A stretch of DNA of 64,000 nucleotides, taken from assembly GCA_017450325.1 (NCBI GenBank), contig JAFSVB010000087.1, positions 8,407 to 72,406 on the forward strand. The letters are read 5' to 3'. Shown in pieces: positions 40,703 through 51,513 of this stretch (its first letter is position 1; every line of letters begins with the position of its first letter). Both the position numbers and the translations under genes were made by a program. Source of the DNA: Bacilli bacterium. GTDB taxonomy: Bacteria > Bacillota_I > Bacilli_A > RFN20 > CAG-826. The notes under the pieces are model-generated. The model saw only the letters and a program-made list of their open reading frames with translations. It did not search any database and was not told the DNA's origin.

Positions 40703-41476
40703 ATGAAAAGCATCCGTTTCGCTTTATTGCCTATTTTCGCCGCTTTATTAGGAGCCTGCGGCGCCGCGCCTTCAAGCACTAGCTCCATGGAAAAGTCCTC
40801 GTTTTCCTCGCAAAACAGCGACCTTTCCTCGTTCATCCCTTCTTCAAGTGAAGAAAACCAGGAGCCTATCCTACATTCATCGATGCCTGAGATCGACCTT
40901 TCTAGCGAAGATTCTTCTCCTGAGACAGTCGCCTCATCGGAGACGGTTTCCTCCTCTATGCAGTCGCAAAGCGAGGACCGCCCGGAGCCTGGGCAGGGGG
41001 CTTGGTCTTTGAACTCAAGCGCGTTGCCAAAGAACCCTTCCTCGGGAACACTGCAGGACATCACCTTCACCACGACGAACGGGAAGGGCGACACCATTTC
41101 CTTCTTCGGGAGCAGCTTACGGACGGGCGAAGGAACCACAGGGCTTGAAAAGCTCTCCGTCGCGAACACCATTCAAGTTTCTAAAAACGCCGGTTTCTTC
41201 TATATGACCTCGGGAAGCGCGAGCCACCTGGAATTCCGCATTGCCCATATCACGGGCAAAGATGGCAGCGGCACCTTCGATGTCACGGGCGTTCCGAGCA
41301 TCTATTCCGCTGATGAGATGACCGCGGATAATGGCACCTTGGTCGAACTGTGCAGGAAGACGACGGAGGATGGTCTTTATTACGACTATTCCTGCGACCT
41401 TCCCGCAGGGCGCTTCCGCTTCGCCAACGAATCCAACTACGCGGTCTACATCTATTACTTAAACAACCTCGCTTAA
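40703..41476 (+). CDS. Ser-rich lipoprotein
   Basis: Signal peptide with lipobox LLGAC, then a low-complexity Ser/Glu-rich linker and a C-terminal domain. Confidence 0.65.
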   Translation: MKSIRFALLPIFAALLGACGAAPSSTSSMEKSSFSSQNSDLSSFIPSSSEENQEPILHSSMPEIDLSSEDSSPETVASSETVSSSMQSQSEDRPEPGQGAWSLNSSALPKNPSSGTLQDITFTTTNGKGDTISFFGSSLRTGEGTTGLEKLSVANTIQVSKNAGFFYMTSGSASHLEFRIAHITGKDGSGTFDVTGVPSIYSADEMTADNGTLVELCRKTTEDGLYYDYSCDLPAGRFRFANESNYAVYIYYLNNLA

Positions 41477-41493
41477 CCAAAAAACAGATTTGC

Positions 41494-41528
41494 AAACGCT
41501 TTCTCCATAAACTGGAGTGGCGTTTTTT
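41494..41528 (+). terminator. Putative terminator after the lipoprotein gene
   Basis: Nested hairpin AAACGC..CTCCA-taaac-TGGAG..GCGTTT followed by TTTTTT. Confidence 0.55.
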
Positions 41529-41591
41529 CTCTACTGTCTCTATAGTTATCGCGTTCGGTACCCTACGTGGACCGAAACGGAGGCAGACCTA

Positions 41592-42356
41592 ATGCTATTA
41601 GCCATCGATATCGGCAATACCATGACCGATTTCGGTTTCTTCCTAACGGATGAGAAACCGCTCTTCTATCGGATTAAATCCCGAAGAGACCTATCTTTTG
41701 AAGAAGTCAAAACATCTTTTGAGCTCTTCTTAAAAGCCCAAGAAATCAAAGCGTTCGACGTGGACAAGGCCATCATCAGTTCCGTCGTTCCAGCCTTAAC
41801 GAAAATCTATCAGGACCTATGCGTCGAGCTTTTTCGTATCGAGGCGAAGATCCTTGGCCCGAAACTCAAGACCGGCGTCAAAGTAAACACGGATAACCCG
41901 AAGGAAGTCGGGGCGGATATGATCGCCGCGACGGCAGGTGCGAAGGCCAAGTACGGCCCTTGTTGCATCGTCGTCGACTATGGCACTGCGAACAAAGTGT
42001 TCCTCGTCGATAAGGACGGGGCGTTCGCCGGCTGCGCGATCGGCGCAGGCCTAGGATTACAGACAAATTCTTTAAGCTCCTCCGCGGCCCTTTTACCCGA
42101 AGTATCTCCGCAAATCCCCGCTAAAATCTTAGGGAAGAATACGTTTGACTCCATGAATTCCGCGCTGACTTACGGCAATGCCTTCGCTTCTATGGGCCTT
42201 GCGGACGCGATGGAAAAAGAAGCGGGGTATCCCTGCAAGCGCATCCTGACGGGAGGATTCTCATCCTACGTCGCCCGCTTATTTGACGGATATATCTACG
42301 ACCCTCGGTTGCTTCTAGAGGGATTGCGCATCATTTACGAGAGGAACGAAAAATGA
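41592..42356 (+). CDS. coaX: Type III pantothenate kinase
   Basis: MLLAIDIGNTMTDFGFF with an acetate/sugar kinase fold. The ORF-track upstream extension is spurious. Confidence 0.85.
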   Translation: MLLAIDIGNTMTDFGFFLTDEKPLFYRIKSRRDLSFEEVKTSFELFLKAQEIKAFDVDKAIISSVVPALTKIYQDLCVELFRIEAKILGPKLKTGVKVNTDNPKEVGADMIAATAGAKAKYGPCCIVVDYGTANKVFLVDKDGAFAGCAIGAGLGLQTNSLSSSAALLPEVSPQIPAKILGKNTFDSMNSALTYGNAFASMGLADAMEKEAGYPCKRILTGGFSSYVARLFDGYIYDPRLLLEGLRIIYERNEK

Positions 42357-43066
42357 ACGACTACGTATCTATTGTGGCCGTGGTGCTTTTCGCCTTGGCC
42401 TTAATCGCCACCTTCATTTTGCTGTGGCCGCGGTCCACGAAGACCCGCTCGACCCATGAGCTGATCGCATCGATGACGCTTGACGCCTTGTTCATCGCCA
42501 TCATTCTCCTCATGACCTTCGTCCCGAGCATGGGTTACATCCCCGTCACCCCATTTGTCTCGCTGACCTTGCTGCACCTTCCCGTGCTCTTGGGAGCGGC
42601 GCTAGGCGGGTGGAAGAAGGGGTTGATGCTCGGCTTCATCTTCGGCCTTTCCTCCTATATGCAAGCCCTTAGCAGCGCCGGCTTCAACGCCTTATTCGCC
42701 TACCCCTGGGTCGCCATTCCTCCGCGCGCCATCTTCGGGCTCATCGCCGGACTTGTCTTTTCCTTAATAGGAAAGGTTTCCAAAAACGGCGTCAAGGCTC
42801 TATACTTAGCCGTGGCGTGTGCCGGGCTTACTGCTTTGCATACGTGCTTGGTGTTCTTGGACCTCTACATTTGCTATCCAGACATCGTCGGCGGACTATT
42901 CGCCTCCCAAGAACCAATCGCCATCGGAACCACGCTTACCTTCCTGCTCGTCATCGGGCTTGGGATGGCTGGCGAAATGGCCGTGGCCGCCATCGTCATA
43001 CCCCCGCTTTATCTGGTCGCGGGGAAGGTCTTCCCCCGCATCGGGAAGAAGCGCTTGTCGCGATAA
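42353..43066 (+). CDS. Polytopic membrane protein, likely ECF-transporter substrate-specific (S) component
   Basis: Six TM helices, about 230 aa, 4-nt overlap with coaX. Size and topology are typical of ECF S components (PanT-like). Confidence 0.45.
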   Translation: MNDYVSIVAVVLFALALIATFILLWPRSTKTRSTHELIASMTLDALFIAIILLMTFVPSMGYIPVTPFVSLTLLHLPVLLGAALGGWKKGLMLGFIFGLSSYMQALSSAGFNALFAYPWVAIPPRAIFGLIAGLVFSLIGKVSKNGVKALYLAVACAGLTALHTCLVFLDLYICYPDIVGGLFASQEPIAIGTTLTFLLVIGLGMAGEMAVAAIVIPPLYLVAGKVFPRIGKKRLSR

Positions 43067-43075
43067 GGAGCCCTC

Positions 43076-44458
43076 ATGCAACCCAATTTCAAGAAACTCT
43101 CCAAAAACTATGAAGAACTCGGCCTAAAAGCCCTGCGCGCCTTAATCGGAAAAGAGTCCGTCTATGACGCGAAGTCCATCTCGGACGACGCCCCTTATGG
43201 AAAAGGAGTGAAGTCCGCCTTGGATTATGTCGCTTCCTTAGGCAAGGAATATGGCTTCTCCGTGGAAACCTGCGATGGGCGCGCGACCGAAATCAGCTTT
43301 GGCGAGAAAGGCCCGCTCATTGGCATCTACGCCCATGCGGACGTCGTTCCCGTCTCTGGAAAATGGGAGCATAAACCCTTTGCGGCGGATATCGTCGGCG
43401 AAGGCAAGGACGCCAAGATCATCGGCAGGGGATCCACCGATGACAAAGGCCCGCTCATCGCCTCCCTTATGGCCATGAAGCTTTTGAAGGACAACGGGCT
43501 CATCAAAGGGTTCCGCGTCCGTCTAGTCGCCGGTGGCGACGAGGAGCGCGGTTCCTCTTGCCTCGCCTATTATTTCAACCAGTTAAAGAAACCTCACTGT
43601 GACTATGGCTTCACTCCAGATGCCGACTTCCCCCTCATCTATGCGGAGAAGGGCATCCATCATGCGACCGCTTCCGCGAAGCTCGACCTCAAGCCCGTCA
43701 TCGCGATGGATGGCGGCGTCGTCCGCAACGCGGTTTGCGACCGGCTCCTCGTAACGCTTCCTTTGGACAAGAAACTCCCTGAGAAGCTCAAAGCCCTTGG
43801 CATCTCGTGCGAAATCACGGAAGCGGGGCAGATCATGATCGTGACCTTCCTTGGCAAATCCGCCCACGCCTCCAAGCCTGAGACCGGCGTCAATGCCGCC
43901 CTCATCGCCTTTAAGACACTCGGGGAAATCTATAAGATCGAGGCCCTCGCCAAACTCGCCAAGCTCCTCGAAGAGCCCCATGGCAAAGGATTCAATGGCT
44001 ATTTCTATTCCGAAGGCTTTGGGACTGCCGGCGATAGCACGTTCAGCTATGGCATCATCAAATACGCGGACAAGAAACTGAGCATCACCATCGATTATCG
44101 TTATGGGGAGAAAGCCAAACCCGAAGAGGCCCTATCCGCCTTCGCTAAAGCGACGGGGATGGAAGTGAGCGTCGATTCCGCGTTACCCGTGCTTTATTTT
44201 GACCCCAAGCATCCCCTTGTATCGACTTTGATGAAGTCTTATAAGCGGATGACCTTGAAACTCTTTGACAAGCCGATGGCCATCGGTGGGGGAACCTATG
44301 CGAAAGAAGCCAAGAACTGCGTCGCCTATGGCTGCACGTTCAAGGGTCATGATGGTTCGATCCACTCGCCCAACGAATACCTCTACGTCGATGACTTCAA
44401 CAAACAGATCGCCATCTATGCCGACGCGATCTATTCCTTAGGACAACTCAAAAAGTGA
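43076..44458 (+). CDS. pepV: M20 family dipeptidase (PepV/Sapep-like)
   Basis: HADVVP and GRGSTDDKGP metal-binding motifs of the M20 family. Confidence 0.8.
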   Translation: MQPNFKKLSKNYEELGLKALRALIGKESVYDAKSISDDAPYGKGVKSALDYVASLGKEYGFSVETCDGRATEISFGEKGPLIGIYAHADVVPVSGKWEHKPFAADIVGEGKDAKIIGRGSTDDKGPLIASLMAMKLLKDNGLIKGFRVRLVAGGDEERGSSCLAYYFNQLKKPHCDYGFTPDADFPLIYAEKGIHHATASAKLDLKPVIAMDGGVVRNAVCDRLLVTLPLDKKLPEKLKALGISCEITEAGQIMIVTFLGKSAHASKPETGVNAALIAFKTLGEIYKIEALAKLAKLLEEPHGKGFNGYFYSEGFGTAGDSTFSYGIIKYADKKLSITIDYRYGEKAKPEEALSAFAKATGMEVSVDSALPVLYFDPKHPLVSTLMKSYKRMTLKLFDKPMAIGGGTYAKEAKNCVAYGCTFKGHDGSIHSPNEYLYVDDFNKQIAIYADAIYSLGQLKK

Positions 44459-45069
44459 GAGGACGCGCGAAACCTTGGGCCGTCCCTTACCTTCAGGAAC
44501 ATACCGAACTCGTTTATCCAACTATCGAAGAAGGAAACGCCTTCCTGCTCCAATCTCCCGTCTATCTGGAAATCGGGATGGGGAAGGGTGACTTTCTCAT
44601 TGGCTTATGCCAGAAGCAGCAGGGGAATTACCTCGGCTTAGAACGCGATTTATCGATCCTTGCCACCGCAGCAAAGAAAATCGAATCCCTGGAACTCCCC
44701 AATGTCCGCTTGGTCGGCGGGGATTTCGATGACCTATTCCCGTCCCTTGCCCATTATCGGTTCGACAAGATCTATTTGAACTTCTCCGACCCTTGGCCTA
44801 AGAAGCGCCACGCCAAGCGAAGGCTGACTTACCATGAGCGCCTGAAAACCATCGCGAGTCTGCTTAATGACGGCGGGCGCATCATCATGAAGACGGATAA
44901 CCCTATCCTCTACGCCTTCACTTTGGAGGAGATTCCCCTCGCGGGCTTGACGATTGAGGAGAGCACCGACGACTACGTCTTCGATGACGCGAACGACGCG
45001 ATGAGCGAATACGAGGCTCGCTTCCGCGGGCTAGGGCAAAACATCCACCGTATCGTCATCAAACGATAA
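44455..45069 (+). CDS. trmB: tRNA (guanine46-N7)-methyltransferase
   Basis: LEIGMGKGDFL SAM motif and YLNFSDPWPKKRHAKRRL. Confidence 0.88.
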   Translation: MRGRAKPWAVPYLQEHTELVYPTIEEGNAFLLQSPVYLEIGMGKGDFLIGLCQKQQGNYLGLERDLSILATAAKKIESLELPNVRLVGGDFDDLFPSLAHYRFDKIYLNFSDPWPKKRHAKRRLTYHERLKTIASLLNDGGRIIMKTDNPILYAFTLEEIPLAGLTIEESTDDYVFDDANDAMSEYEARFRGLGQNIHRIVIKR

Positions 45070-45084
45070 GATCCGCATAGACTT

Positions 45085-45110
45085 GGCGATGACGCGCTCA
45101 TCGCCTTTTT
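45085..45110 (+). terminator. Rho-independent terminator after trmB
   Basis: GGCGATGA-cgcgc-TCATCGCC followed by TTTTTCTTT. Confidence 0.8.
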
Positions 45111-45228
45111 CTTTCAATGCGCCCGCTTCGTTTTTCAAAACGCCAAAATGCGCCCAGGAAAAATGTCAATAAAAAGATAATAAAAAGCCGATGATAGGCT
45201 TGCTTTCAAAAAACTTTCAGAAAAACTT

Positions 45229-45242
45229 TGAAAATATTTTCA
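45229..45242. promoter_or_regulatory. Perfect 14-bp palindrome TGAAAATATTTTCA in the promoter of the LacI-family gene
   Basis: Seen directly. Preceded by phased CTTTCA/CTTTGA half-sites. TATAAT at 45262-45267. Confidence 0.4.
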
Positions 45243-45297
45243 CAATTAAATGGGGATTCATTATAATGAAACCGCATCCATGAAGGAGGATGACCCT

Positions 45298-46305
45298 ATG
45301 CAGAACCTCAAAGATCGCGTAACCATTTACCAAGTCGCCCAAGTCGCCGGCGTTTCCCTCGCCACGGTTTCACGCGTTATCAACAACTCGGAATCCGTCA
45401 CTCCCGCTACCCGTAAGAAGGTGCAGGATACCATCAATGCCCTCGGCTATAAGCCTAGCGGCCTCGCCCAAGCCCTTGCGACCAACCGTTCGACCAACAT
45501 CGGCGTCATCATCCCCAGCGCAAACTACGTCTACCTCGCCAACATGCTCTCTGGCATCACCGAGGTCGCGAAGGAGAAGAACTACCAGTTGACCCTCTTT
45601 ACCACCTCCCATTCCCGCGACGAGGCGCTCACCACCATCGAGAAAGTCATCACCGCACACGTGGACGGCACGATCATTTTCGACGACCAACTCTCGCAGG
45701 ACGACGTCGATAAGATCACTTCCTATAACGTTCCTTCCGTCGTCATCGACAACAAGATCAAAGGCGATAAGGCCTGCGATATTCGCTTCAGCTATGACAC
45801 GGCTCTTGAAGAGCTCATCAAAGCCTACTATGCCGCTGGCAACGAGAACCCCATGGCTTTCCTCCACGTCCATAATGCCGGACGTTTGCTCGGCCGCTGC
45901 GAGAAGATATTCCTCAAGACGCACGAGGAACTTGGGAAGGATTACCGCATCGTCAATACGCGCGACTCCTACACGCAGACCTATAACCAGTTCCTCGAAT
46001 ACTTCAAGGACCCCGCCAACCGTCGTGGCTACTATATCTGCTACCGCGACTCCATCGCGGCTGCCGTCTTAAATGCCGCGACCGATTCGGGCATCAACGT
46101 CCCGGAACAGGTTGAGGTGCTCTCCCTCGTCGGCACCAAGTATTCCTATATCGTCCGTCCGAGCTTGACCGCCATGCACATCGATATGCATGAAGTCGGC
46201 AAGCGCGCGATGTATATGCTCACCGACCTCCTCAACGCCGAACTCGTCGACAAGACGGCACGCATCGAGGCCCAGCTCGTCCGCGGACAGTCCACGAAGA
46301 ACTAA
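45298..46305 (+). CDS. LacI-family transcriptional regulator, CcpA-like
   Basis: The HTH (TIYQVAQVAGVSLATVSRVINN) and linker (TRKKVQDTINALGYKPSGLAQALA) closely resemble the CcpA N-terminus. RBS GAAGGAGG. Confidence 0.8.
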   Translation: MQNLKDRVTIYQVAQVAGVSLATVSRVINNSESVTPATRKKVQDTINALGYKPSGLAQALATNRSTNIGVIIPSANYVYLANMLSGITEVAKEKNYQLTLFTTSHSRDEALTTIEKVITAHVDGTIIFDDQLSQDDVDKITSYNVPSVVIDNKIKGDKACDIRFSYDTALEELIKAYYAAGNENPMAFLHVHNAGRLLGRCEKIFLKTHEELGKDYRIVNTRDSYTQTYNQFLEYFKDPANRRGYYICYRDSIAAAVLNAATDSGINVPEQVEVLSLVGTKYSYIVRPSLTAMHIDMHEVGKRAMYMLTDLLNAELVDKTARIEAQLVRGQSTKN

Positions 46306-46315
46306 GACTTATTAG

Positions 46316-46346
46316 AGCCAGACGAATCCGTTTCCCTGGCTTTTTT
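46316..46346 (+). terminator. Putative terminator after the LacI-family gene
   Basis: AGCCAG-N14-CTGGCT followed by TTTTTT. Confidence 0.55.
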
Positions 46347-46479
46347 CTATGCAAAAGCGGCATATTTTTCAAGTCGTTTGAAAAACACTATATTTAAAAA
46401 CAGATGTGCGCGTTTTCTAAAATAAGCACCAAGCTCACGCGTGTTGCTTTTTGATAGACAAGGAAATTTATGTTCATTT

Positions 46480-46506
46480 TTAGCAGTCTTGTATTGACAG
46501 TGCTAA
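46480..46506. promoter_or_regulatory. CIRCE element (HrcA operator) overlapping the groES promoter
   Basis: TTAGCAGTC-N9-CAGTGCTAA against consensus TTAGCACTC-N9-GAGTGCTAA. TTGACA sits inside it, and TAAGAT lies 16 nt downstream. Confidence 0.8.
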
Positions 46507-46547
46507 AGAAAACACTAAGATATTCGGTGGTAAGGAGATAAACCAAA

Positions 46548-46826
46548 ATGATCAAACCTTTGAACGATAATGTTCTCTTGGAGAAGATCCCCTCAGAAAA
46601 GAAAGTGGAGTCCATTATTCTCACCAAAGAAGAAAAGACCGGAAACGTCGCGACCATCGTCGCGGTGGGTCCTGGCAAGACGCTAGAATCCGGCAAGCTC
46701 GTCCCGATGTCCTTGAAAGTAGGGCAGCGCGCGATCTACCGCGAATATAGCGGAACCGATTATGAGGAAGACGGCCATAAGTACATCCTCATCAAGGAAG
46801 AGGATATCCTCGCCGTCATCGACTAA
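46548..46826 (+). CDS. groES: Co-chaperonin GroES
   Basis: MIKPLNDNVLLEK... full-length match. Confidence 0.95.
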   Translation: MIKPLNDNVLLEKIPSEKKVESIILTKEEKTGNVATIVAVGPGKTLESGKLVPMSLKVGQRAIYREYSGTDYEEDGHKYILIKEEDILAVID

Positions 46827-48461
<1,635 letters not shown>

Positions 48462-48477
48462 TCAAAATGATGTATTT

Positions 48478-48504
48478 GGAGCCGAGAACCCTCGGCTCCT
48501 TTTT
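48478..48504 (+). terminator. Rho-independent terminator after groEL
   Basis: GGAGCCGAG-aacc-CTCGGCTCC followed by TTTTTC. Confidence 0.8.
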
Positions 48505-48565
48505 CACGCCGCCAAGACCGAGCCGCCTCCATCCGCTATAATATGGACGAGAAAGATCTACGGCT

Positions 48566-49228
48566 ATGGAATTCATCAGCGAAATCAACGGCAAAACCGC
48601 CCTCATTTATAAATCAAATGATGCAAGCGACCATGCGCTGTTGCTGATGTTTTGCTTTTCCATGGACGAGGCGAAGGAATTCGTTCAGTGCCTGCGTGGC
48701 GTTTCGGGCATCTGCTTCGTGGCTATCGTGCTGGAACGCTGGGACGCATGCATGATTCCTTGGGCGTCGAAAGCGGTCAAAGCTGTTCCAGAGGCGGGGC
48801 GACTAAGCGAGGAGATCCCCATTTTATTGGAAGAGATTGCCCGTTTATGCAAAACGACTTTCCGCAAGCGTTACCTCCTTGGCTATTCCTTAGGGGGACT
48901 ATTCGCGGTATTCGAAGCCGCCCATGGCCGTTTTGATGGGCTGGCCTCGGTATCGGGGTCCATGTGGTATCCGGACTTAGTGCAATATGTTCAAAGCCAC
49001 GATTACCCTATGGTTAGAGGAGCCTACTTTTCCATCGGGGACCGCGAGGGTGGAAAACCATCTTCCCCATTCTTCGAAGTTCGTGAAAAGACGCTATCGA
49101 TCGTTTCTGCTTTCAAGGAGAAAGGCATATCAACTGCATTTGAACTCAACGAGGGCAACCATTTCTTTCAAGCGCCGTTACGCGTTCGGAAAGCGGCGGA
49201 GTGGCTCGCGAATACGCCAAAGAAATGA
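48566..49228 (+). CDS. Alpha/beta-hydrolase (esterase-like)
   Basis: Nucleophile elbow GYSLGG. Confidence 0.55.
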   Translation: MEFISEINGKTALIYKSNDASDHALLLMFCFSMDEAKEFVQCLRGVSGICFVAIVLERWDACMIPWASKAVKAVPEAGRLSEEIPILLEEIARLCKTTFRKRYLLGYSLGGLFAVFEAAHGRFDGLASVSGSMWYPDLVQYVQSHDYPMVRGAYFSIGDREGGKPSSPFFEVREKTLSIVSAFKEKGISTAFELNEGNHFFQAPLRVRKAAEWLANTPKK

Positions 49229-49371
49229 CGGAGACATAACTTTTTTGATCGACGGTTTTTCCGGAAGTTACAAATGGTGTCCCGCTTAACTAGACCAGTA
49301 ATCCTTGATGCTAAGCAAAGCAGTGGAGAAAAAACAAACCCGCGTTACAATGTTCACGCTGGAGGCGAATT

Positions 49372-50145
49372 ATGGAAAAAAAGCTCATTATGCGTTGCGT
49401 TTACGTTCAGTCAATTGACGAATACATCGCGGCTTTTGAGGATGGGTATCGCGATATTCACTATGCAGGCTTTTCGCGAGACGGTTTGATCTCCACTTTA
49501 CAAAGAAGGGGAGAAAACAGCCTAGAGTACCAATATCAATATGGAAAGGAACTCTATTTTGCCGGCGAGGAAGAAAAAGCGCACAAGATTTACCAAGAAC
49601 TAGTAGAGAAGGGCTTCGAATTCGCGAAGATCGGGCTTTCTGCCGATGCGGCAAAAGGCATTGGGGGACCCGCGAATCCCGCTCTTGCTTTCCGCCTCCT
49701 TAAAGATCTCGACGGCAAGGAATACGGCATGGCATACCATAATCTCGGCTATTGCTACTATAACGGCATCGGCACGAAAGAAGACGTCGCCAAAGCCATT
49801 GAGTATTTTAAAAAGGCCCTGGATTACGGCGTGGCCAATTCAGGTATTGGCCTTGCGCGTTCTTTGGAGCAACTCGCGAAGATAAAAAACATGGCCATCG
49901 ATGAACGGGCCGTGTTCGCGGCGCTTCTTCGGGGAGCACAATGCGGATCCATCAAAGCGATGGAGGAAGTGGCGGACCGATACCGCCAAGGCTTAGGCTG
50001 CGTGATGGACAAACTTGCCTATTTCGCTTGGAATAGGGCCGCGGAACGCGCTAAGGATATGACGAAGCCGCTCATCGGGGAACATAGTTTTTGCAATCCC
50101 GGCCGTTATGGCGGATTCGAACTGCGCTTTGCGGATGAGTATTAA
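49372..50145 (+). CDS. Sel1-like repeat (TPR-like) protein
   Basis: Repeated about 36-aa units with G..Y..G.G...D..KA..YF.KAA (for example AYHNLGYCYYNGIGTKEDVAKAIEYFKKALDYG). Confidence 0.6.
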   Translation: MEKKLIMRCVYVQSIDEYIAAFEDGYRDIHYAGFSRDGLISTLQRRGENSLEYQYQYGKELYFAGEEEKAHKIYQELVEKGFEFAKIGLSADAAKGIGGPANPALAFRLLKDLDGKEYGMAYHNLGYCYYNGIGTKEDVAKAIEYFKKALDYGVANSGIGLARSLEQLAKIKNMAIDERAVFAALLRGAQCGSIKAMEEVADRYRQGLGCVMDKLAYFAWNRAAERAKDMTKPLIGEHSFCNPGRYGGFELRFADEY

Positions 50146-50151
50146 TCGAAA

Positions 50152-50697
50152 TTAGAGCAATGCGATGACCGCTTTCTCAACTTCGGCCATATCGGCGGTC
50201 GGTTCGAAGCGGGCGATGACATTTCCCGCACGATCGACGAGGAACTTGGTGAAGTTCCACTTGATCTCGGGATTGTTTTCGTAATCGGGGTCAAGCGTGG
50301 GCAAGAAGGAGCGGAGGACATCCGCGAGCTTTCCTTCGCCAAGACCTTCGAATCCTTTGCAGGATTTCAAATATGCATAAAGCGGCAAAGCGTCCGCCCC
50401 GTTGACGTCCGATTTCTTCATACGCGGGAAGGAAGTTCCGTAATTCAGCGTGCAGAACTGGTGAATCTCTTCGTCGCTTCCTGGGGCTTGGGCACCGAAT
50501 TGGTTGCAGGGGATATCGAGGATCTCGAAGCCCTTGTCATGATAGGCCTTGTACATTTTCTCCAGAGGCTCATATTGCGGCGTGAAGCCACAGCCCGTGG
50601 CAGTGTTGACGATGAGCAAGACCTTGCCTTGGAATTCGCGGAGGGAAAGTTCGCTTCCCTGCGCGGTTGGAACGGAATAGTCGTAGATGGAACTCAT
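50152..50697 (-). CDS. gpx: Glutathione peroxidase (Cys-type)
   Basis: LIVNTATGCGFTPQY and WNFTKFL motifs. Confidence 0.9.
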   Translation of the reverse strand: MSSIYDYSVPTAQGSELSLREFQGKVLLIVNTATGCGFTPQYEPLEKMYKAYHDKGFEILDIPCNQFGAQAPGSDEEIHQFCTLNYGTSFPRMKKSDVNGADALPLYAYLKSCKGFEGLGEGKLADVLRSFLPTLDPDYENNPEIKWNFTKFLVDRAGNVIARFEPTADMAEVEKAVIALL

Positions 50698-50736
50698 GCG
50701 GATCTCCTTTCCAAAAATAGATGAGTTTTGCGATGA

Positions 50737-51510
50737 TTATTTAACAAATAGGCCATCGAGTAGGTCTTTGCGGCAATTGATGATGCGCTCCTTGGGGAAG
50801 TCGATTTTGTTTAACAGGACGATGCTGCGGCGGAAGTTTCCGATCAATTCGCAATAATGCGCATCGGTTCCAAGGGAGATGAAGTTGCCATTCTCTTTGG
50901 CGAGGCGGAGCCAAAACTCGAGACGCTCGATATCGTCGACTTTGTGACGGGCTAAAGTGCCCTCGTTTAATTCAAGGTATATGTTGTTCTCTTTGGCGAG
51001 ATGAACCATATCAGTGAGGAATTTCTTGGTTGGCTCGTCTAACCCGCCTGCGTGAGCCTTGTGGTCGAGCTCAGAAATCTCGCGCTCGATGTGCGCAAAG
51101 GCATTGCAGAACCCGATTCCATCGACGAAATATTGGTATAGTTGGTCCAAGGTCGTTTCTTTGCGGTCGACGAACCAACTATGCGTGCCTAAAAGCCTCC
51201 AGTGGAGTCTCTTCATCAAACGGTCTTTCTTGAAGACTTCGTGGTTGAGGTTGAATTCGCCTCCGCCGATGACTTTGATGCCATAGCGGTTGGGCGTGAC
51301 CCATTCCTCGATATAGCACATGCAGTTGATTTCGTTTTTGCGCTGCACGAGGGAGCCTTCGTTGTAGTAGTGGTCCGTGATGGCGAGATACTCCATGTTG
51401 TGCTCTTTAGCCTCAATCAGGCATTCGCGCAGAGTGCTATAGGCGTGGATGGAAGCGATTGTATGGACGTGGAGGTCCGCTAAGATATCGGATGCTACGA
51501 TCATATCCAT
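50737..51510 (-). CDS. PHP-domain phosphoesterase, YcdX-like
   Basis: LHVHTIASIHAYSTL...LAITDHY closely resembles the E. coli YcdX N-terminus. Confidence 0.75.
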   Translation of the reverse strand: MDMIVASDILADLHVHTIASIHAYSTLRECLIEAKEHNMEYLAITDHYYNEGSLVQRKNEINCMCYIEEWVTPNRYGIKVIGGGEFNLNHEVFKKDRLMKRLHWRLLGTHSWFVDRKETTLDQLYQYFVDGIGFCNAFAHIEREISELDHKAHAGGLDEPTKKFLTDMVHLAKENNIYLELNEGTLARHKVDDIERLEFWLRLAKENGNFISLGTDAHYCELIGNFRRSIVLLNKIDFPKERIINCRKDLLDGLFVK

Positions 51511-51513
51511 TCC

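Noticed and set aside
50152-50697. Possible selenocysteine-containing glutathione peroxidase
   Set aside because: The active site reads NTATGCGFT with a Cys codon. There is no in-frame TGA and no SECIS-like hairpin.
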